From Macrostomum lignano (lineage: Eukaryota): DNA of 64,000 nt. The stretch spans positions 186,001-250,000 of the forward strand of contig NIVC01001395.1 in assembly GCA_002269645.1 (NCBI GenBank), in the 5' to 3' direction. Positions 56,265 through 64,000 of this stretch are shown one piece after another. Made by a program: the position numbers and the translations under genes. The notes under the pieces were generated by a model, which saw nothing but the letters and a program-made list of their open reading frames with translations, searched no databases and was not told the DNA's origin. Each line of letters begins with the position of its first letter. Within the stretch, counting starts at the first letter, position 1.

Positions 56265-57164
56265 ATGGCAGCCACTTTAGACATTCGTTTGAAGCGTATT
56301 AACAAAACGTACACCGATGGTGACACAATCTCCGGCTATGCCGTGATTCGATGCAAACAAGACTGCGGTCACAATGGTCTCACATTGAATCTGACTGGCA
56401 CAGTTAGCATGCAGCTTAGCTCAAAAAATGTCGGAGTATTCGAAGCATTCTATAACAGTATCAAGCCGATTCAATTGACCGGAGCCACACTAGAACTAGC
56501 TAAGCCCGGCAAATTCACCACCGGATTAACAGAAATCCCATTTGAAATACCGTTCAAATCCAAGGGTAACAAAACACTGTATGAGACATACCACGGAGTG
56601 TTCATTAACATTCAGTACGTGCTTCAGTTGGACTTGAAACGCTCTCTATTGAACAAAGATCTCAGCAAAACTTGCGAGTTCTTAGTCGAATACAATCCAA
56701 AGAATGCTGGCCAACCGAGCTCGCAGACGCCAATAACTTTCGCTATCAGCCCGGACAGTGTAGTCAATGTTCAGAACAAGGCCAGTCTACCGAAGTTTCG
56801 CGTCACCGGCCAACTCACATCGAGTCACATTAGTATTTCTGAGCCACTGAGTGGCGAGCTAGTCATTGAGCAGTGCGCTACTCGGATTAAAAGTGTAGAA
56901 CTGCAGCTGGTACGCGTAGAGACCTGCGGCTGTCTGGAAGGCTACGCTAAAGAGACTACTGAGATACAGAATATCCAAGTGGCTGATGGAGACGCTCCCA
57001 GAGGGATTAAAATCCCTCTGCACATGGTGCTGCCGCGTCTGTTCACCTGTCCGAGCGTTTCGGCTACCAATTTCCGAATCGAATTCGAAGTCAACATTGT
57101 TGTTGTGTTTCAAGACGACTATCTGGTGTCTGAAAATATCCCTATTCGCGTTAGCAGATTCTGA
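56265..57164 (+). CDS. VPS26C: Retriever subunit VPS26C (DSCR3), 299 aa, intronless
   Basis: LDIRLKRINKTY, LSSKNVGVFEAFYNSIKPIQL, LYETYHGVFINIQY, IKSVELQLVRVETCGC.EGYAKETTEIQNIQVADGD, LPRLFTCP. Confidence 0.97.
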   Translation: MAATLDIRLKRINKTYTDGDTISGYAVIRCKQDCGHNGLTLNLTGTVSMQLSSKNVGVFEAFYNSIKPIQLTGATLELAKPGKFTTGLTEIPFEIPFKSKGNKTLYETYHGVFINIQYVLQLDLKRSLLNKDLSKTCEFLVEYNPKNAGQPSSQTPITFAISPDSVVNVQNKASLPKFRVTGQLTSSHISISEPLSGELVIEQCATRIKSVELQLVRVETCGCLEGYAKETTEIQNIQVADGDAPRGIKIPLHMVLPRLFTCPSVSATNFRIEFEVNIVVVFQDDYLVSENIPIRVSRF

Positions 57165-57294
57165 TCTATTGAAGTTGATTTAAAACAATTCCTAATTTAG
57201 AAGCGATGGTTCTGTAAACGTCTATGTAAAAAGGCTGGCTATTGAATCAGATAACCAAGTAGACAGTGTCGGTTGAATGCCATTTTTGTCTAAT

Positions 57295-57765
57295 TAACAA
57301 ACAGACACTTAGACAGGCAGACAGAAAGGCGGACAGACAGACAGTTAGACAGACAAACATTCTGACAGACAGGCAGGCAGGAAGACAGACAGACAGGCAG
57401 ACTGAAAGGCGGGCAGACAGACTATCAGACTGACAAACATACTGACAGGCAGATAGACAGACAGGCAGACAGGCAGCCGGCAGACAGAAAGGCGGGCAGA
57501 CAGACAGAAAGGCAGACAGAAAGGCAGACAGACAGACAGGCAGACAGACAGGCAGGCAGGCAGACAGGCAGACAGACAGGCAGGCGGACAGATAGGCAGG
57601 CAGACAGATAGGCAGGCAGACAGACAGGCAGGCAGACAGACAGGCAGACAGACACAGACAGGCTGACAGAAAGGCAGGTAGACAGGCAGACAGACCGACA
57701 GATAGACGGACTGACTGACTGACTGACACTCAGATAGACGGATACACAGACAGACAGACAGACTG
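57295..57765. repeat. Degenerate (GACA/GGCA)n microsatellite
   Basis: Seen directly. Confidence 0.9.
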
Positions 57766-58494
57766 CCTCTACCATTCAACATTCACAGGACAATTTCCTT
57801 CGTGTTAACTACAATCAAAGCACCTTCCTAAAATGCTTCCTAATTATCATAGAACTTGGAAACAAAAACACATAGAAAACGTTATTTTGCCATTAGCCGT
57901 TATTTTGCGACAACACGTTAAGATTTGTTGGTTTCTGCCATAGATAGTAGCGCTCAACAAAACAAATGTGATTAAAGTATATATGCTAATTTATAGGAAA
58001 GCTCGTTAAGTCCTATCTTAAGCAAATTTAATCCTGATTAATTCAATCATACTACTGTGAGAAAAAACTATCAAGTTTGGTTGTTTAATAGCACCCGGGT
58101 ATTAAAAATTGCTTAGCTGTTGTCACACATATCTACAGATTGAGGGACACTAAAAAATTGCAAATAGCAAATTGCTGCTTCATTTTGTTCAGTTCGCATC
58201 ATCCTGTATACTTATAGTAGTCAGGCTCTAATTTGCATAATTTTACAGTCTACAGGCTGTGCTAGGAATACTCGTAATCCTGAGTTCTGATTCAATAAAT
58301 CATTATGCAATAGTGCTCATCGTCTGTAGCAGTACATGTATCTCTGATTATTGATTTTTTACATTTATACACTCGTAAATGTTGGATTTTTTATTTTTAC
58401 ATTTACTTTTGTGCTAGGATTTAGATTGATTGTCATCAAGTGATATAATATATTAGAGATGTTGTTAAGTTCATGTATTTGCAACTGTTTTATG

Positions 58495-58750
58495 GCAGAC
58501 AGACAGGCTGACAGACAGACAGACAGACAGACATACACTAGGACAGGCAGACAGACAGACAGACAGACCGACATACACTAGGACAGGCAGACAGACAGAG
58601 ACTAAGACAGACAGGCACTAAGACAGACAGGCAGACAGACAGGCACTAAGACAGACAGACAGACAGACAGGCACTAAGACTGACAGACAGACAGACAGGC
58701 ACTAAGACTGACAGACAGACAGACAGGCACTAAGACTGACAGACAGTCAG
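58495..58750. repeat. Degenerate GACA-based repeat with GGCACTAA interruptions
   Basis: Seen directly. Confidence 0.88.
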
Positions 58751-58803
58751 AAAGCGTGAACAATTAAATCACATACTACTAATATACATCCATAATTCCT
58801 CCC

Positions 58804-59084
58804 ATGCCGTCAGCAGAGATGAATCGCCAGTAGCCCCAGCTACACCGCTGCGCCCCGTAAGGCCAGACAGTCAAGAAACGCAACGAAAACCCAACACAGA
58901 CGCCAACATGGCTACCTTTACCTGCCAGTCAACTCAGTGCTCAAAGTACAATAAGACTACTGCTACTAATACTACTACTACTACCAAGCATAATCACTTC
59001 TGCAAGCATGACTGCCAACATGACTTCAATGGTGACTCCGCCAATGGCGGATGCCAGTGGTGGAGATTTCTCTTCATATCTTAG
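58804..59084 (+). promoter_or_regulatory. Putative translational-control leader: short uORF1 (58804..58833) plus overlapping out-of-frame uORF2 (58908..59084)
   Basis: uORF1 MPSAEMNRQ* has an internal ATG at 58819 (MNRQ*). uORF2 starts in strong context (caacATGG), encodes 58 aa, and overlaps the main ORF by 77 nt out of frame. Transcript 5' end is unknown. Confidence 0.7.
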
Positions 59085-60175
59085 TCTCTGTCAGGATGCT
59101 CGTCACGCTGAGCAAGACGTTGAGCTGCTCCTGTCATCCGCATCAGTTTGGCTAACTGATTCGCTGTTGCCAAAGTCCGGCCCAGCCTCCCATCGTACGG
59201 ACGATGATGATGATGAAGTGTCATCGGTGCTGCTTGACGGCTTCCCTAGCAACAGTGCCGTTGCTAATGACGCTGAGATGGATAGTATTTTCCCATTTCA
59301 CGACTGTCTTCTCGACTTGGACGGTGTCGACTTTGATGTCGATGAGTTGATGCCGCCGGATCGACCGGTTTTCGACGATGGTGATGATGACGACGCAGAT
59401 GAAGATTCGGTGATGTCATCGTCATTGACGTCGTCTGTCGATGAGACGCCACCGCCTCGGATGCTGCCTCGCAGAGGCAGAGGCAGAGGCGGCGGTGTCG
59501 GCAGGAAGTCGAAATCTTCTAATATGAGGACTAAAGGCGAGGCTAATCGAGAGGCTGCCTATCGGTTAGTTGCTAACTGATGCCCACTCTGTGTATTGCT
59601 GACTCCCCCTCTCGGACCCCCTCTCTGACCTCTCGGGCCTCCCCCTCCCTGATCGCTCCCTCCCGGACCTCCCCCTCTCTGACGCCCCCCTCTCTCTAAT
59701 CGGCTCTCTGACCTCCCCCTCTGACCTCCCCATCTCTGATCACCCCTTCTCCGACCTCCCCCTCACTGACGTTCCCCTCTCTGACTCCCCCTCTTTAGCC
59801 TCCCCCTGATCTCTTCCTCTGTGAACTCCCCTCTCTGTTCTATTCTTTCTCAAATCCACATGCCCTAACGGTCGCACACACAACGCCAAGCCTCGCCCCC
59901 CCCCCGCCCTCAGATACAGAGCAAAGCAGCGCCAATCCAACTCGCTGGCCAAGTCCCAACACTCGCAACTGGTTGCCGACAATCAACGTCTGGAAGCTGA
60001 AGTGGCATCGGCCGAGAGCCAGCTGCAGTTCCTGCTCCACTTGTGCCGCAGGAGGCCAGCGCCATCTAAGAGGCGACTGCAGCTAAGAGTTTTAGAGGCC
60101 GATGAAGACTGCGATCCACCGCAGCTGGGTTCGAAACCCAAAGTTATCACCATGGTTTTTAAACACCGGGCTTGA
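59008..60175 (+). CDS. ATF4: bZIP transcription factor, ATF4/ATF5-like, ~272 aa, 2 exons
   Basis: join(59008..59564,59914..60175), CG|GTTAGT...CTCAG|A. The spliced basic region KGEANREAAYRYRAKQR (N-x7-R) and zipper ...LVADNQRLEAEVASAESQLQFLLHL resemble ATF4 (NKTAATRYRQKKR...IQYLKDL). Acidic N-terminus. Orthology not tested. Confidence 0.72.
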
Positions 60176-60489
60176 ACTGGTGCAAAATCGGTGGTCTAAT
60201 TTTTGTGCTTCTGTTCGTCCTTTAATGTTCCCTCGCCGACAAACATTGATCAAGAGATTCTGTTTCTTTTTTTAAATGATAAACTAACCTATCATTGTAG
60301 TTTTATTAATTTCCTGTCTGATAACTTTTGTCGATCTATTCGTATATATGCTTCTAAATCTTTGTTGTGTAAGCTATTAATAGAATAGTGTACTTTCCTT
60401 TCTATCCACTTTATTTAATCGTTTTTTAATAGTTCTTAGAATCGCCCCTAAATCAATCCTGAGAAAGCAATTAAATCGTTATGAGAATC

Positions 60490-60920
60490 GCACAAATCTA
60501 CATGAGAACCGCTCATTTGTCTACCCTGAGAATCGCCCCAATCTACCCTGAGAATTGCCCCAATCTACCCTGAGAAACGCCCCAATCTACCCTGAGAATT
60601 GCCCCAATCTACCCTGAGAATCGCCCCAATCTACCATGAGAATCGCCCCAATCTACCCTGAGAAACGCCCCAATCTACCATGAGAATCGCCCCAATCTAC
60701 CCTGAGAATCATTCCAATCTACCCAGAGAATCGCTCATTTGTCTACCTGAGAATCGCCCCTAATCTACCCTGAGAATCGCCCCAATCTACCCTGAGAAAC
60801 GCCCCAATCTACCCTGAGAATCGCCCCAATCTACCCTGAGAATCGCCCCAATCTACCCTGAGAAACGCCCCAATCTACCATGAGAATCGCCCCAATCTAC
60901 CCTGAGAAACGCCCCATTTG
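60490..60920. repeat. 22-bp minisatellite (ATCTACCCTGAGAATCGCCCCA)n
   Basis: Period 22 seen directly. Confidence 0.94.
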
Positions 60921-61264
60921 TCAGGTTAGATTAGATATTTTGTTATAACTGCATCTGATGTACGTCACGGTCTATTTGCACATTTTTCTTTGCAACGTAT
61001 GCTTTTTTATTTGATTAAAAAGGTTTTTAAGGTAATACGCACATTTCGGTTATTATCAACATCTACTTGATTAGACAATATAATATATATATATATTTCC
61101 CTCTTCACACAAAATCGGTAACGAGTATTGTTTATAAGTGTTGCAATTGATTTACCAATAGCTCTGGGCTCCACCTGACCCGGACTAAATGTATATGACA
61201 TGTTGGTTATCCACTGGTAGTGCTGCTTTTTCAGTTACTATTCATTGTGACCGTGTCAGTCGGG

Positions 61265-61585
61265 GTGTCAAATGAGGTGTCAAACGGGTGCCAAATGGGG
61301 TGTCAACCGGGTGTCAAACGGGGTGCCAAATGGAGTGCCAAATGAAGTGTCAAATGGAGTGCCAAATGGAGTGCCAAATGGAGTGCCAAATGAAGTGTCA
61401 AATGGAGTGTCAAACGGAGTGTCAAATGAAGTGTCAAATGGAGTGTCAAATGGAGTGCCAAATGGAGTGCCAAATGGGGTGCCAAATGGAGTGCCAAATG
61501 AAGTGCCAAATGGAGTGTCAAATGGAGTGCCAAATGGAGTGCAAAATGGAGTGCCAAATGGGGTGTTAAATGGAGTGTCAAACAG
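61265..61585. repeat. 12-bp minisatellite (CCAAATGGAGTG)n
   Basis: Seen directly; explains the NGVP/CQME spurious ORFs. Confidence 0.94.
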
Positions 61586-62174
61586 TATGCGCGCTGCTGT
61601 CATTTGATGCCAATTGACACCATGCATATCAAGGTGGGCATGTAGGCTGTACCTGAGAAGCTAAAAGCATACTTCTGCCAACTCTATCAATTCCCACCTA
61701 TGCTTCTAGGCACATTCTCAAGACAAAGATTGTCAGTCAGCAGCCGAATCGTGTTCTTAAAAAAGTCGTCAGTTTGTCAGAAAATGAATCGCTTCTAAAG
61801 CGAAATAATCAATATTTATGATCTGAGTTGCTTTAGAAATGCTTAAGCCAGTCTGTCAAAGCCACCTGCAAGTTTTCCTAGCAGACTTCAAGGCGCTGTC
61901 AACTGCATCATGGACATTCCCAGCATCCTTGGAACGGGGAATTTAAGCATAGAGCCATGCCAGTCAAACATTCTGAAAACCTTTTTGCAGACGGGGTAAG
62001 GCCTGAAGCGTAAAGCCTCTCAGTCCTTCTTGCTGTATTTTAACCAATCGGAGGTAAGACGCAACTGTAAACCTTTATAATGTATAAAATGGATTGCTGT
62101 GGTCTCAAACTTGCTAACTTCAATCCTTGACCTGCAACACCTATAGAAAGCTGAAGAAAGTTTGTCAATATATC

Positions 62175-62972
62175 ATGTCGACATTTAAACTGATGTTGCT
62201 TCTTCAAAGCGTTATTAACTGCCTGTTGCTGCCAGCCCTGGCCCAGCTGTGTCCCTCGCCGTTCAGTCTTGAGGCCGGAAAGTGCATCTTCGTGAACAAG
62301 GTGAGGAGCTTCAGCTGGTGCGAGGCCAACCGGCAGTGCGCCATGATCGGAGGCGAGCTGCTCAACTCGTACAGCTCTCTGCAGCCGCTCAGCAACATGC
62401 CGAGTTTCGCCTGCAGTTCCTGTTTCGTTTGGCTCGGAGTGACCGACTTGGCTGACGAGAGATTCTCCAGCAGATCGGGATTGCAGTTGGTCAATGGTAA
62501 CGGCATCTTGCCGCTGAATGACTCGCTGTGGCATTTTTCAACTGAGCCAAACAGGAACGTGTTTGAGAACTGCATCTTCCATGCATCCCATGGCAAAATC
62601 CACAACAATCCATGCGCAGCTGAGCGCGGGTTCGCTTGCGAGTGGGCTCCGAGTGCCGCTCAGCCGCTGCCAACTGCTGCCTCGTGGAAGCTGACTCCGT
62701 TCAAGCGGACCAGCTACCATGCCAGCACTGAGTACTGCTACTCTGACCTGACCAATGTTCACTCCGAGCTGGCTTGTGTCATGTCAGCTTTCAGCTCTGG
62801 CAACTGCAGACACGTGCTGTACAACAGCAAGCTGAGAGCCTGCCGCCTGCTGCTGTTCACCGACGCTCAGCTAGGTGGAGGCCGAGATCGAGACGAGCGC
62901 CGACTGGGTCAAGTTCAGCGTGTACTGAGCAATATTGTTTGCATTGTTTGTAGTAATGATTGTTCTGCATAA
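62175..62972 (+). CDS. Secreted C-type lectin domain protein with a C-terminal PAN/apple-like module; probable 1-nt frameshift near the end
   Basis: Signal peptide, CPSPF..GKC, SWCEANRQCAMIGGEL, VWLGVTD, EPN...ENC...NNPC...FACE, then Cys module LACVMS..C..VLYN...CRLL. An alternative-frame end at 62928 fits the codon bias better. Confidence 0.82.
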   Translation: MSTFKLMLLLQSVINCLLLPALAQLCPSPFSLEAGKCIFVNKVRSFSWCEANRQCAMIGGELLNSYSSLQPLSNMPSFACSSCFVWLGVTDLADERFSSRSGLQLVNGNGILPLNDSLWHFSTEPNRNVFENCIFHASHGKIHNNPCAAERGFACEWAPSAAQPLPTAASWKLTPFKRTSYHASTEYCYSDLTNVHSELACVMSAFSSGNCRHVLYNSKLRACRLLLFTDAQLGGGRDRDERRLGQVQRVLSNIVCIVCSNDCSA

Positions 62973-64000
62973 AATATGCGAATAATGATCGTCAAATTGC
63001 TAAACAATGATTTTTATCCAGAGGCGTCGCCACCGGGGGGCAAGGGGGGACATGTGACCCTCTTCAATAGAGTGCCTGCGGCGCCAAGATGAGTGCTTGC
63101 GGAGCCAAAATGATTCCAAAAATAATATGGGAACTTTTTCTTTACTATTCCTGGTTTTGTTCCCACACAATAAGAACCATATCATGGCGGCACTTCATGT
63201 TTTTGCAAGACGATTTTTTCTCTTAAAGTCAGTTTCCTGTCCAATCATCCTGTCTGACTTTATGTCGCAAAGTCGCAAAGAATTTTAACGGAAAATTCAG
63301 CAATTTCTAACCATCTTTATATTAAAAGAACCTTTTGTTATGATTATTTTTTAGTTTGAAATCTATTGTCTAAGCTGTCTGCACAAGGCCTTTGAAATCT
63401 CGGCTTGGCTCTGCTCGTGCAATTAGCGCCTAGGTTGAAGGCCAAACCCCAGGGGACAAGGAAGTGTACATGCTAGAAAAATAAAATTGATGGAATGGGT
63501 GGTTTTTCAAGCATAAAAGTTAAATGGGATTACCTAATTATGCGATATTGAATTTACTAGAAAGAAGAAACCTGCCGCCTTAAATTGACCCAAAAGTTGC
63601 GCGTCCGTTTTCGCTCTGGGATTGAAAGTGTCTGAACTTCCCGGACACATGAAACTACGTATCGTGCAGAAACTGCTGGGTTTTGGAGGTGAGGTGGGTG
63701 TCAGAGCCAATGCAAATTCAACGCCTATCTAAATACATTAGACCTCTTCTAATTGGTCCAGACCCTGTAAGTCATTATGTGAGACATTTATGCATGTAAC
63801 TCTCATGTAAATCTAATTATACATGTAATCACTGTATCGTGCAGAAGCGACGAGTACAATATAGTACGCATAATTAGCGCTTCACCGTAGCAGTTGTTGT
63901 ACGTAGAAATGCGCGCGCCCAGCCCCACACAATGCAGCATTGGTGTACGCAGAATTAACTGTACATATTAACTGTCCATATACCAAAATTGGCAGAATTA

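Noticed and set aside
62040-62762. Minus-strand ORFs over the lectin gene
   Set aside because: Antisense shadows with no recognisable motifs

Overview
Eukaryotic (invertebrate metazoan) genomic DNA, not prokaryotic: GC-rich spliced exons are separated by AT-rich or tandem-repeat-filled introns. The style suggests a free-living flatworm such as Macrostomum, but that is inference only. I hand-spliced 11 host protein-coding genes, all with consistent reading frame: an uncharacterised secreted/GPI-type Cys-rich repeat protein, a 15-exon Mesh/SUSD2-like NIDO-AMOP-VWD-Sushi membrane protein (with one GC-AG intron), a DEG/ENaC channel, ICMT, a co-oriented run EIPR1-EAF-SURF1-GTF2H2-VPS26C, an ATF4-like bZIP factor, and a C-type lectin with a probable 1-nt frameshift. 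Mobile DNA includes a D,D34D mariner with ~193-bp TIRs carrying a nested THAP/P-element (100-bp TIRs, perfect 8-bp TSD), a foldback/Mutator-like element inserted into a tRNA-derived SINE (9-bp TSD, with an empty-site copy in the same window), three SINE copies and several nested MITEs. Most large introns are filled with a tandem repeat, usually a different one in each intron. Best leads: ATF4-type uORF1/overlapping uORF2 architecture, the nested P-in-mariner composite, the foldback-in-SINE insertion, and a possible operon-like cluster. Most long ORFs in the supplied track over repeats are artefacts. No CRISPR array, rRNA or true tRNA was found. All coordinates were counted by hand; no database searches were run.
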